A stretch of 64,000 bases of DNA. It comes from Phycisphaerales bacterium (GTDB taxonomy: Bacteria > Planctomycetota > Phycisphaerae > Phycisphaerales > UBA1924). The DNA lies in assembly GCA_023382935.1 (NCBI GenBank), contig JAHDXL010000005.1:53717-117716 (forward strand), written 5' to 3'. Under the pieces are notes generated by a model. It saw nothing but the letters and a program-made list of their open reading frames with translations. It was not told the origin of the DNA and did no database searches. The position numbers and the translations under genes are program-made. This document shows, in pieces, positions 37,098 to 46,191 of the stretch. Positions within the stretch are counted from its first letter, which is position 1. Every line of letters begins with the position of its first letter.

Positions 37098-38117
37098 ATG
37101 CGTAAGTGGACGACGCTGTTTGTTTTGGCAAGTGTGTGTGCGAGCGCGTGGGCGCAGGTGATCAACCGCTACTGCCCGGTGGGCAGGGAACCGATCGACC
37201 CGGACACGCCCACGATCAAGTACCAGGGGCATGAGATCGGGTTCTGCTGCCCAGGGTGCGAGGAGATGTTCCTGGCGTGGGACCAGCAGCGGCGCGATGA
37301 GTTCGTGAAGTTGGCGCTGGCGGGCAAGGAGCCTCAGATCGAGGAGGTGAAGCGTGAAGCACCGGCCGGGGGCAAGGAGGACGCAGAGCAGGGATATCCG
37401 TACACGCTGACCACCTGCCCGGTGGCCGGTCACGAGATCGACCACGAGGGCGAGCCGGTGGTGTACGTGCACGAGGGGCGCGAGGTGAAGTTCTGCTGCG
37501 AGGATTGCGTCGAGAAGTTCAAGGCCGATCCGGGTAAGTACCTCGAGAAGATCGACCAGCAGATGATCGAGCAGCAGGCGATGCACTATCCGCTTTCGAA
37601 GTGCTTCATCTCGGGTGAGTCGCTGGTCGAGAACGGGAAGTTCACGGGTGTGAACGTAGTGTACAGGAACCGGCTGGTGCGGGTGTGCTGCAACAAGTGT
37701 GCGGCCAAACTGACGGCCGATCCGGTCACGCTGATGAACAAACTTGACCGGGCCATGATCGAGACCCAGCGGGCCGCATACCCGCTCAAGTCCTGCGTGG
37801 TGAGCGGCGAGGATCTGAGCGAAAAGGCCCAGCCGGTCGAGATGCTGTACATGAACCGGCTGGTGCGCTTCTGCTGTGAACGCTGCACCGGAAAGTTCAA
37901 CAAGAGCCCGGGTGAGTACATGGCCAAGATTGACGCGGCCTATGCCCAGGCGCAGCGGGCGGGCGCGAACACGACGTGCCCGGTGTCCGGCGAGGAATTG
38001 GATGACAGCGCGGTCGAGGTGGTGGCCGGGCAGAAACTGGTGCGATTCTGCTGCGACAAGTGCGCGGGCAAGTTGAAGAGCGAGCCGGACGCGGTGCTGT
38101 CGAAGGTGGGCGGTTGA
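37098..38117 (+). CDS. Secreted protein with five tandem TRASH/YHS-like Cys-motif repeats
   Basis: Signal peptide MRKWTTLFVLASVCASAWAQ. Five units of C-x19-24-(F/V)CC-x2-C-x2-(F/L)-x3-P (for example TCPVSGEEL...LVRFCCDKCAGKLKSEPD). GAGGGA RBS. Confidence 0.7.
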   Translation: MRKWTTLFVLASVCASAWAQVINRYCPVGREPIDPDTPTIKYQGHEIGFCCPGCEEMFLAWDQQRRDEFVKLALAGKEPQIEEVKREAPAGGKEDAEQGYPYTLTTCPVAGHEIDHEGEPVVYVHEGREVKFCCEDCVEKFKADPGKYLEKIDQQMIEQQAMHYPLSKCFISGESLVENGKFTGVNVVYRNRLVRVCCNKCAAKLTADPVTLMNKLDRAMIETQRAAYPLKSCVVSGEDLSEKAQPVEMLYMNRLVRFCCERCTGKFNKSPGEYMAKIDAAYAQAQRAGANTTCPVSGEELDDSAVEVVAGQKLVRFCCDKCAGKLKSEPDAVLSKVGG

Positions 38118-38224
38118 TGCGTGCAGCCGTGCGGTGCATGCGCCGTGCCGGAGTCACGGGTGCCCGTGCACGCCGAATGTGAGCCGTGGCGCCCGTGGAT
38201 GGCTGCGGGCATGGCGCGATGCGC

Positions 38225-39613
38225 TCACAGCACCGTCCCGCGGAGAAGGAACAGGGCGACGAGGAAGTAGATGGTCAGCCCGCTGACGTCCATCAGCGTG
38301 GCGACGAGGGGCGTGCTCGACGTGGCAGGGTCCAGGCCCACCGTCCGCAGGATGATCGGGAGCATCGAGCCGACCATCGTGGCCCAGGAAACGATGGCCA
38401 GCACGCTGAGCGCGATGGTCATTCCGATCAGCCCGGCATGTTCGGCGTGGACCAGTCCGATCCATCCGGCGATGGTGACGGTCAAGAAGCCCAGCAGCCC
38501 GAGCAGCGTTCCCAGTGACACGCCGGTGATCAGTTCGCGGCGTGCGACCGACCACCAGTCCGAGGCGGACACCTGTTGAAGTGAGAGCGCACGGACGAGG
38601 ATGGTGGCGGCCTGGCTGCCGGTGTTGCCGCCGCAACTGATGACCAGCGGGATGAACGAGGCCAGCACGACGGCGCGGTCAAGTTGATCCTCGAAGAAAC
38701 TGATGATGCCGATGGTGCCGACCTGCATGGCGAAGAGCAGCGAGAGCCAGCCGCCGCGCTTGCGGACCATGGTCGCCAGACCGACGCTGGTGTATGGCTC
38801 GTCGAAGGCCTCCACGCCAGCGAGTTTGTAGATGTCTTCGGTGAACTCCTCCTGCGCCACGTCGGCCACGTCGTCAAAGGTCACGATGCCCACCAGCACC
38901 CCGCGTGAATCGACCACCGGCAGGGCGGTGCGGTCGTAGCGGGCCATCATGCGGACCGCCTCTTCGCGGTCATCGGTGGCCTGCAGGGCGACAAACTCAT
39001 GATCCATCAGCGACTCGATGGTCTGCTCGGGATCGGCCAGCAGGATCTGCCGGATGCGGAAGTCGTCGATCAGTTGCCCAGCGTCGTTGATGACGAAAAT
39101 CCAGTGAATCGTCTCGGCGTCGTGCCCCCAGCGGCGGACGTGTTCGAGCGTCTTGGCCACCGTCCACGAGGGACGGATGCGCACGTAGTCGGGCGTCATC
39201 AGGCGCCCGACGCTCTCGGGCGGATAGTTCAGGATCGTCTGCGTGATCTTGCGCGTCTGCTCCGTCAGGCGCTGCATGATGGCCTGGCTGACGGCGCTGG
39301 GCAGTTCGTCGAGCAGGCGGGCCCGGTCGTCCGGCTCCATCTCCTCGATGACGCGGGCCGCCCGCTCGTCGCCGAGGCGGGTGATGAGTTCTTCCTGACG
39401 CTCAGGCGGAAACTCGGCGAAGACCTCGGCCGCCTCGTCGCGTGGGAGCACGCGGAAGGCCAGGGCCGAGAGCGTGTCTTCGAGTTCGTCGATCAGTTCG
39501 GCCGAGTCGGCGGGAGGGAGATGACGCAGCGCATCGCGCACGTCGCGATACTGGCCCTCCCTGAGCATCTGGGCGATGTCAGGGGCGAGGAGTTGGACGG
39601 TCGGGCTGCTCAT
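38225..39613 (-). CDS. mgtE: Magnesium transporter MgtE
   Basis: MgtE N-domain, tandem CBS region and a C-terminal TM domain with GGNTGSQAAT. Start taken at ATG 39613; the ORF track start 39655 is a TTG 4 nt after the upstream stop. Confidence 0.9.
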   Translation of the reverse strand: MSSPTVQLLAPDIAQMLREGQYRDVRDALRHLPPADSAELIDELEDTLSALAFRVLPRDEAAEVFAEFPPERQEELITRLGDERAARVIEEMEPDDRARLLDELPSAVSQAIMQRLTEQTRKITQTILNYPPESVGRLMTPDYVRIRPSWTVAKTLEHVRRWGHDAETIHWIFVINDAGQLIDDFRIRQILLADPEQTIESLMDHEFVALQATDDREEAVRMMARYDRTALPVVDSRGVLVGIVTFDDVADVAQEEFTEDIYKLAGVEAFDEPYTSVGLATMVRKRGGWLSLLFAMQVGTIGIISFFEDQLDRAVVLASFIPLVISCGGNTGSQAATILVRALSLQQVSASDWWSVARRELITGVSLGTLLGLLGFLTVTIAGWIGLVHAEHAGLIGMTIALSVLAIVSWATMVGSMLPIILRTVGLDPATSSTPLVATLMDVSGLTIYFLVALFLLRGTVL

Positions 39614-39647
39614 GCGTCGGAGTAAGGATACCCGATGCGGAGGCCGG

Positions 39648-40397
39648 TCAGGCAAGTGCGTCGAATCCGGTCAGTCCGACCGGCTCCCTAGTGAAGAAGG
39701 GTTCGCCAGCCGTTGTGCCGATGCGCGAACCGAAGTAGCGGGCGGCGCCTTCGATCCATTCGAGCACCAGCCGGTTCTTCTCGGGGATGACGAACTGGGT
39801 CTCGTAGGCGCGGATGGACGCGAGTTTGCGATCCAAACGCCCCGTGATGTCGAAGATGAAACTCGGGTCGGCTGCCTGTCGCAGGTGCGTCGCGTAGTAG
39901 TAGAAAAACCACTTGGGATAGATGGGCTCTCCGAGGAGGTGTCTCTGCCCCGTCCACTGGTCGATCGGGTCGGGCAGCTCCAGGCGCGTCAGTTTGGCGT
40001 CAAATCGCGCATCCTCGGCGATGCGGGTGACCGCCCGGTGGTCGGGGTGCGCATCCTCTGGATGCGGAGCGAAGATGACCTGACTCTGATGAGCCCGGAT
40101 GACCGCGGCCACGGCGTACCGGGCTGCGACCGTGTGCTCCACCGTGCGATTCGCCAGCCCGAGCAGCCAGCGCCGCAGGGGTCGGCCTTCGGGGTGCCAG
40201 GCGGGGTTGGGGTTGAGGATCTTCAACGCCGCGGCGGCCTCGGCCTGGCGCTTCTCCGGCGTGCCGAAAGGCGTCGGCTCGCCGTTGGTCACGTCGAGCA
40301 GCAGGACATCGTGCCCCTGCTCGGCCAGCGCGGCGATGGTGCCGCCCATGCCCAGTTCCTGATCGTCGGGATGCGGACCGATGACGAGGATGTTCAT
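39648..40397 (-). CDS. PIG-L/LmbE-family N-acetylglucosaminyl deacetylase (BshB1-like)
   Basis: N-terminus MNILVIGPHPDDQELGMGGTIAALAEQGHDVLLLDVTNGE. Later HPDH motif. Confidence 0.85.
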   Translation of the reverse strand: MNILVIGPHPDDQELGMGGTIAALAEQGHDVLLLDVTNGEPTPFGTPEKRQAEAAAALKILNPNPAWHPEGRPLRRWLLGLANRTVEHTVAARYAVAAVIRAHQSQVIFAPHPEDAHPDHRAVTRIAEDARFDAKLTRLELPDPIDQWTGQRHLLGEPIYPKWFFYYYATHLRQAADPSFIFDITGRLDRKLASIRAYETQFVIPEKNRLVLEWIEGAARYFGSRIGTTAGEPFFTREPVGLTGFDALA

Positions 40398-40474
40398 GGG
40401 GGAGGATAGGAACGCGCGGTCACCGAGCAGCGATCAGACAGGCTCCCGGTGACTGGTCGTCGATCGCGGTGCGA

Positions 40475-41425
40475 TCAGCCCGCCATCTCGTCGCGAATCT
40501 TCTCAAGTAACGTCTTGGTGGCGCGGATACCCGCGAACTCGTCGAGTTTATTGCCCTCGTACTCAATGCCGACGTACCCGTGGTAGCCCGCCTCGACCAC
40601 GATCTTCATCATGCGCCGGTAGTCGGTGTGGATCTCGTTGCCCTGCTCGTCGAAGTCGTGGCTCTTGGCGCTGACGGCCTTGGCAAAGGGCATCAGTTCC
40701 TCGACGCCTTTGTACCGGTCATACTGCTTGCCGTCGCCGAGGTTGAAGTTGCCGAAGTCGGGCAGCGTGCCCAGGTTGGGCAGGCCGACCTTCTTCATCA
40801 CCCCGGCCAGCCACTGCCCGTTGCTGCTCAGCCCGCCGTGGTTCTCGACCACGACGCTCATGTCGTGCTCGGCGGCGAACTCGGCCAGTCGCCGCAGCCC
40901 GTCGGCGGCGCGATCCTGCTGCTGTTCAAAGGTGCCCCCGCTGGCGGCGTTGACGCGGATCATCGCGCAGCCGAGATACTTGGCAGCCTCGACCCAGCGC
41001 TTGTGGTTGTCGATGGCCGAGGTGCGCTTGCCCTCGTCGGGGTCGCCCAGCGCACCTTCGCCGTCGATCATAATGAGGCGCTGGACGACGTCGAAGTCGA
41101 CCGCGCGAATCTTCATATCGAGCAGGTACTGCTTGTCGGAGTGCTTGTCAGCGAAGAACTGATTGACGTACTCGATGGCGCCGATCCCAAACTCGGTGCG
41201 GGTCAACTTCGCAAAGTCGAGGTGATCGACCTTCTTGTCGCGGATGGCGCGGTGCAGGGACCATTGCGCCAGCGATATCTCGAAGGCCGGCTCGTTCATC
41301 AGACGCGGGCGAGCCAGGGCCGGCCCGGCGGCCGCGGCGGCGAACAGGCCCGCCAGCGCCTGCCGGCGCGAAATCAGCGTGCGTCGAACCTCCACAGCGC
41401 CGGCGCGAGTCGTCAGATCGGACAT
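40475..41425 (-). CDS. Sugar phosphate isomerase/epimerase (xylose-isomerase-like TIM barrel) with Tat signal
   Basis: Twin-arginine signal [23 protein letters not shown]-barrel pattern ([16 protein letters not shown]). AAGGAG RBS 6 nt before ATG 41425. Confidence 0.8.
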   Translation of the reverse strand: MSDLTTRAGAVEVRRTLISRRQALAGLFAAAAAGPALARPRLMNEPAFEISLAQWSLHRAIRDKKVDHLDFAKLTRTEFGIGAIEYVNQFFADKHSDKQYLLDMKIRAVDFDVVQRLIMIDGEGALGDPDEGKRTSAIDNHKRWVEAAKYLGCAMIRVNAASGGTFEQQQDRAADGLRRLAEFAAEHDMSVVVENHGGLSSNGQWLAGVMKKVGLPNLGTLPDFGNFNLGDGKQYDRYKGVEELMPFAKAVSAKSHDFDEQGNEIHTDYRRMMKIVVEAGYHGYVGIEYEGNKLDEFAGIRATKTLLEKIRDEMAG

Positions 41426-41462
41426 GCGGTGCTCCTTCACGATGAGCATAGGTCAGGCGCGA

Positions 41463-42029
41463 TTACCCGCTCAGGCCCTTGATGTCGCCGACACGTCGCA
41501 GTGATTCGTATCGCGTCAGGGCACTCTCGATGATGGAGTGGGCGGCCTCGGCGGGCATGATCTCGTCGACCTCCACCTGCTTGCCTTCCAGCATCTTGTA
41601 GTCTTCGAAGAATCGCTTGAGCATCTTGAAGGTGTGGCGAGGAAAGTCCGAGGCCTTGTGATAGTCGGCGAACTCGGGGTCGTTGATGAGCACGGCCACG
41701 ATCTTGTGGTCGGGCTGCCCGTCGTCGACCATCGTCATCACGCCGACCGCCCGGGCCTCACAGATACACAGCGGCGGAATCGTCTCCGTGCAGAACACCA
41801 GCACGTCAAGCGGGTCGTTGTCCTCGGCCAGGGTCTGCGGGATGAACCCGTAGTTGGCGGGGTAGTAGACCGCGCTGGAGAGCACTCGATCCAGCCGAAG
41901 CATGCCCGACAACTTGTCCAGTTCGTACTTGTTGGACGAGCCCTTGGGGATCTCGATGACGGCCTTGAAGTTATCGGGCAGGTCAAGCCCGGGGATGCCC
42001 GGTGAAACGTGGTGCCAAGGGTGGATCAT
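41463..42029 (-). CDS. ppa: Inorganic pyrophosphatase (family I)
   Basis: Contains IEIPKGSSNKYELD and YPANYGFIPQTLAEDNDPLDVLV. Confidence 0.93.
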   Translation of the reverse strand: MIHPWHHVSPGIPGLDLPDNFKAVIEIPKGSSNKYELDKLSGMLRLDRVLSSAVYYPANYGFIPQTLAEDNDPLDVLVFCTETIPPLCICEARAVGVMTMVDDGQPDHKIVAVLINDPEFADYHKASDFPRHTFKMLKRFFEDYKMLEGKQVEVDEIMPAEAAHSIIESALTRYESLRRVGDIKGLSG

Positions 42030-42112
42030 GGTCCGTCAGGGTAGCAAGGCGCCGGACGCGCGGCGCAGCGACGCTCGCAGGGCGACTGGCCGGCCTTGCC
42101 CCAAGGCTCGAA

Positions 42113-43537
42113 TCAAGCCCGCTGGGTCATCATGAGCGATTCGATGATGATGCTCGTGGCTCGCTCCAGTTGCGTGCGTTCGATGTTGAGCGGGGGGAAG
42201 AAGACCAGGTTGACACCGCCCCCGACCTTGCACGACAGCCCGCGGGCGAGCATCTCGTACAGACACCGGTCGGCGATGTCGCGAGCCCGCGGTCCGCCCA
42301 GTTCCACCGCGACCATCAGTCCCAGGTTGCGCACGCCCCGCACCATCAGCCCCGAGGCGACCGAAGCCGCATCGGCCAGGTCGAAGAGCGCCTCGCGCAG
42401 ATCCTGAGCCCAACTGGACCCCAGCATCGCTGCACGCGCAGGCAGGGCGTCGCGCGTGAGGATCTCCAGAGTCGCCAGCGCGGCCGCAGCGCCGGCCGGA
42501 GACTTCTCATGCGTGAAGTGGCCGAGGGAGAGGTTCGCGAGACGGATGACCCCGGCGTCGTTGAGCTCGGCGCGCCCGACAATGCCCGCGATGGGAACGA
42601 TGCCCCCGCCCAGACCCTTGCCGATCACAAGTATGTCCGGCGTGACGCCGAAGTGCTCGCAGGCCCACATGCGACCGGAACGCCCCAACCCCGTGGGAAT
42701 CTCGTCGAAGATGAGCAGCGTGCCGTGGCGTGTGCAGGCCTCGCGCACGCGGCTCCAGTATGCCGGAGGGGGGACATGCACGGTCGTCGCTCGCACGGGC
42801 TCGGCGACGACGGCGGCCACGTCTCCCGCGGCCAGCAAGGCTTCCACGCGATCGGCGCATCGGCCCGTGCATAGCCCGTCACATAAGTTGCACGGCTGCG
42901 AGCAGGGTGGCTCGACATGCAGCGCGCCGGGCGGCAGAGGGCCCATGCCGCGGGTGAACAAATCCTGACCGCCGATCCAGGCTGCTTCCAGCGTGGCACC
43001 GTGAAACGAGCCGGCAAAACTGATGGTCTTATGTCGCCCGGTCACGGCCCTGGCCAGCCGCACCGCTAGCCCGACCGCAACCGCACCGCTCGGCACCAGC
43101 AGCACACGCGCGTTGCCGGCCAGTTCACCTGGCGCCAACTCGATGAGGCGCTCGGCCAGGCGCACCGCCGGTTCGTTCGTGAACCGCCGCGGGCTGAACG
43201 GGAGTGCCCGAACTGTGCGCTCGATCGCCTCGATCACCTCCGGATGCCCGTGCCCAACCTGGTGCACCGAGTTCCCATGGAAGTCGAGAATGCGGCGGCC
43301 AGCCGCGTTGATGATGAACGGACCCGCGGCTTTGATAATCGCATCCAGGCAAGGCGTCGAGAGCGACTGGTGAAAAAAGGCGCGTGCGTCGCGGTCGAGC
43401 AGGGTTCGGGCGACGCTTCCTTCCATACCGGCGGCCCATGCCGTGCGCGCTACGCCGTTGTTTGCGTCGCCCTCGACGACCTTGACTGCGAGGAGCGTTT
43501 CGGGCGTCGTGTTCTGTTGCTGGTCGAATCGGCTCAT
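42113..43537 (-). CDS. Class III (PLP-dependent) aminotransferase
   Basis: Motifs DFHGNSVHQVGHGHPEV, GSFHG, LIFDEIPTGLGRSG and VIGKGLGGG (Schiff-base Lys). ATGA overlap with the upstream gene. Confidence 0.85.
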   Translation of the reverse strand: MSRFDQQQNTTPETLLAVKVVEGDANNGVARTAWAAGMEGSVARTLLDRDARAFFHQSLSTPCLDAIIKAAGPFIINAAGRRILDFHGNSVHQVGHGHPEVIEAIERTVRALPFSPRRFTNEPAVRLAERLIELAPGELAGNARVLLVPSGAVAVGLAVRLARAVTGRHKTISFAGSFHGATLEAAWIGGQDLFTRGMGPLPPGALHVEPPCSQPCNLCDGLCTGRCADRVEALLAAGDVAAVVAEPVRATTVHVPPPAYWSRVREACTRHGTLLIFDEIPTGLGRSGRMWACEHFGVTPDILVIGKGLGGGIVPIAGIVGRAELNDAGVIRLANLSLGHFTHEKSPAGAAAALATLEILTRDALPARAAMLGSSWAQDLREALFDLADAASVASGLMVRGVRNLGLMVAVELGGPRARDIADRCLYEMLARGLSCKVGGGVNLVFFPPLNIERTQLERATSIIIESLMMTQRA

Positions 43538-44874
43538 GCGGCAGTCTCCGCGGTGGTCTTGGACGTTCCCGTTGCAGGTACACGCGAGCGCATCCAGAGG
43601 TAAGTCGCACTGAGTCCAAAGCCCAGCACATTCAGGCCCGACATCGACATCGTCAACTGTTTGAAGAAATCGAGCCTCGACTCACCGGCGGCGAATAGAT
43701 CCTTATAAATCTGGACGGCGACCGAGCCTGTGTAGCCCAGCGCGTCGGCCAGGTAGATGGCAAAGACGGCCGTGCCGCTCAGTCGAGTGGCCGCCATCAT
43801 GCGATCAAACAGCACGGACCCAAAGGGGACATACGCCAGATACGTTCCCAGCCCGAGCAGAATCATCCAGGTCAGGCCCGAAATTATGCCGGCGTCGAGC
43901 GCGATGGTTGCCCCGGCCAGAAGGGCGGATCCGAATATCATGATCCCGTGCGCCGCCAGCAGTCCAGCGCGATTACCGCGCACCAGGTTGAGCGCCGCCA
44001 GGACGATGAGCACGCCGAGAGCAACGGGCAGTTCGCTGCGAGAGAAGATGGCCGGCGCCTGCGTGTATCCGAGTTGCTCGAACATCTCGACGCCGTAGTT
44101 GTCGCGGAAGTCGCGGAATGCCGTGAGCACGAAGTACACCACCAGCAGCGGCAGCATGGATGGGAACAATTGCGTGATGAAGTTCCAGCGTTCGCGCCCA
44201 CGCATGGGCTGTCGCATTGAGCGCTCTACAACGTCTTGGGCAACGGGATCCGGCAGGTGATCCATCAGCCACACCAGAGCGATGAAGGGCAGCAGGAACA
44301 TCGCCCCTGTCGCCGCCGGCATCCACTGCTCCGGCACGCCCGAGGCGAGAAGCCATTTGCCAATGTCCTTGACCACCCCGCTGGCGAGGATGAAAGAGCA
44401 ACTCAGCGTGGCCAACAGCAGTTCGGAGGTGCGCCGTCCCTCGAGATACAGCACCACCAGCCCCCAGACCATGCCCAGCGGCAGCCCGTTGAGCAGCATG
44501 GCCGCCCAGCCCCACCTCAGCGGCAGGAGGGCGAAGAGCAGCAGAGCGCACTCGGCCCAGGCGATCAGCCCGACCAGCAGCCAAGCCCGCCCAGACCGCC
44601 TGACTTCTGAGCACACCTTGATGCCTGAATACTTCGAGATGGCGTAGCCGATGATCTGGCTGATCACTAGGAGCGTCTTGAGTTGCAACGTGCGGTCGAA
44701 ACCCGGAACGGCAACGGCGCCGCCCTCGGCGAACTGCCCGGCCGTGAACGGCTTCCGAAACGCATACATGCAGAAGTACGTGGAAAACGACGCCGAACCA
44801 GCCAGCATGACCAGCGTCCACTGGGGCAGGGCGGCCATGCGTTGCTCGATCCTGACGCTGCGCAGCATGCTCAC
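43534..44874 (-). CDS. Polytopic membrane protein (DUF5690/MFS-like putative transporter)
   Basis: 446 aa with about 12 hydrophobic segments. N-terminus SFSTYFCMYAFRKPFTAGQF resembles DUF5690. Translationally coupled to the aminotransferase. Confidence 0.65.
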   Translation of the reverse strand: MSMLRSVRIEQRMAALPQWTLVMLAGSASFSTYFCMYAFRKPFTAGQFAEGGAVAVPGFDRTLQLKTLLVISQIIGYAISKYSGIKVCSEVRRSGRAWLLVGLIAWAECALLLFALLPLRWGWAAMLLNGLPLGMVWGLVVLYLEGRRTSELLLATLSCSFILASGVVKDIGKWLLASGVPEQWMPAATGAMFLLPFIALVWLMDHLPDPVAQDVVERSMRQPMRGRERWNFITQLFPSMLPLLVVYFVLTAFRDFRDNYGVEMFEQLGYTQAPAIFSRSELPVALGVLIVLAALNLVRGNRAGLLAAHGIMIFGSALLAGATIALDAGIISGLTWMILLGLGTYLAYVPFGSVLFDRMMAATRLSGTAVFAIYLADALGYTGSVAVQIYKDLFAAGESRLDFFKQLTMSMSGLNVLGFGLSATYLWMRSRVPATGTSKTTAETAA

Positions 44875-44999
44875 TCTCCGTCTGATGAGAAGAGTGGTCT
44901 TAGCCGTCGATGGCTACCCGCGTCGGTTGCACACCGCTAAGAGCGCGCGAAGACTGGAGATGACTGCGGACGCACCAGCGGACGGGGTGCATGACGCCC

Positions 45000-45662
45000 T
45001 TACGACACGCTCGCCGACAGGAACTCGGCCAGTGGGTGCAGATCCGGCCACAGATGCGTGTGTGGGTGCGGCCTGAGTTCATCCAGCGTGTGTGTGCCAT
45101 GTCCAACGCCGACGACCACGGCCACACCGGCCGCCATGCCCGCCTGGAGATCGGAGGGCGTGTCACCTGCAACGCCGACTCTCGCCGGATCATGCACGCC
45201 AGCCCGGCGCATGCACTCGAGAATCAGGTCGGGCTGAGGACGTCCGCGGGCCACTTCGTCCGAAGCCACCAGCAGGTTGGTCGGCCAGTCCAGGGGCGTC
45301 AGCACCGCCAGCGCCGTATCGCGGCTGAAGCCGGTGGTGAAACCGATCCTGACGCCGGTCTGGCGCATCAGTTTCATGGCCTCCAGCGCCCCGCCAAGCG
45401 GAACCGGCGGATGGCGCCGCAGATCCTCGGCGATCGAGGACTCAAACAGTGATCGCAGTTCGCTCACCGTGGCCCCGCACCCTGGCACCGTGTCGATCAG
45501 TTCGGCAAACACGACGCGCTTGTCCCAGCCCATGCGGTTGCGGACCCAGTCATCGGTCGCCCTGGAGTCGATGCGGTCGGCTACGCGACGGAACGCGCGC
45601 ATCACCAACCCGTCGTCACGCACGGTCGTGCCCGCGATATCGAAGATGAACAGGTCAAGCAT
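45000..45662 (-). CDS. HAD-superfamily phosphonatase-like (PhnX-like) hydrolase
   Basis: HAD motif I in the phosphonatase form FDIAGTTV (compare LDWAGTTVD of PhnX). Also FTTGFSR and GDTPSDLQAG motifs. ATG 45662 preferred over TTG 45677. Confidence 0.7.
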   Translation of the reverse strand: MLDLFIFDIAGTTVRDDGLVMRAFRRVADRIDSRATDDWVRNRMGWDKRVVFAELIDTVPGCGATVSELRSLFESSIAEDLRRHPPVPLGGALEAMKLMRQTGVRIGFTTGFSRDTALAVLTPLDWPTNLLVASDEVARGRPQPDLILECMRRAGVHDPARVGVAGDTPSDLQAGMAAGVAVVVGVGHGTHTLDELRPHPHTHLWPDLHPLAEFLSASVS

Positions 45663-46191
45663 CACGCCCCCCCGCAATCATGCTCGGAAACTTCTGCTGC
45701 GCCCCATGGGCGGCATGCGAGCGGCATGGTACTCCTGGCCAAGGTCCGATCCGGCGCAGCAACTTGAGAAATCAGGGCGGAGGTGATTTCTGAGCGCGCT
45801 CTTCAAGTTCAGTTCACGAAGGGCACCGTTCCAGATTCGAGTGCAAGTGTCGCGGGAGCACCCGCTTGTGCGCCGATGACCGCTTCATCGATTGTAAAGC
45901 ACATCGTTGCAGTATCCCGCACAAGGGTGCTTCAAGACGGGTGTGCTGAACACGTCCTTCACACATCCGTGGAGTTGCAGTGGTACGAGGGCCGTTTAGA
46001 TTCGGATAAACCACGCGACATGCGGTCTGGCTCAGTTGCATGGGCCTTCGGGCTCGGGTTAACTGTTCCGCACAGGAGGCGGCACCGCATTCAGGCCGTG
46101 CGAAACCGCAAGCGTATGCGTTGCGTCCGCGCAGGCTGCTCTCCGTGTCATCGTGCTCGGGACTGTGGGATCCAACAACAGGAGATTGAAC

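Noticed and set aside
38118-38224. GTGCACG-containing GC-rich sequence in other 3' intergenic regions (38163-38174, 57351-57362, 31376-31383) as members of the same repeat family as the 16.2-kb array.
   Set aside because: A 7-mer of this composition is expected roughly a dozen times by chance in 64 kb of this GC content. Outside the array the flanks do not align with the 42-bp unit.
45678-46191. Lower-GC 510-bp region upstream of the tandem paralogues as a possible ncRNA or degraded mobile element.
   Set aside because: I could find no terminal repeats, transposase remnants, conserved RNA motifs or stable extended hairpins. It is most simply a long promoter/leader region.
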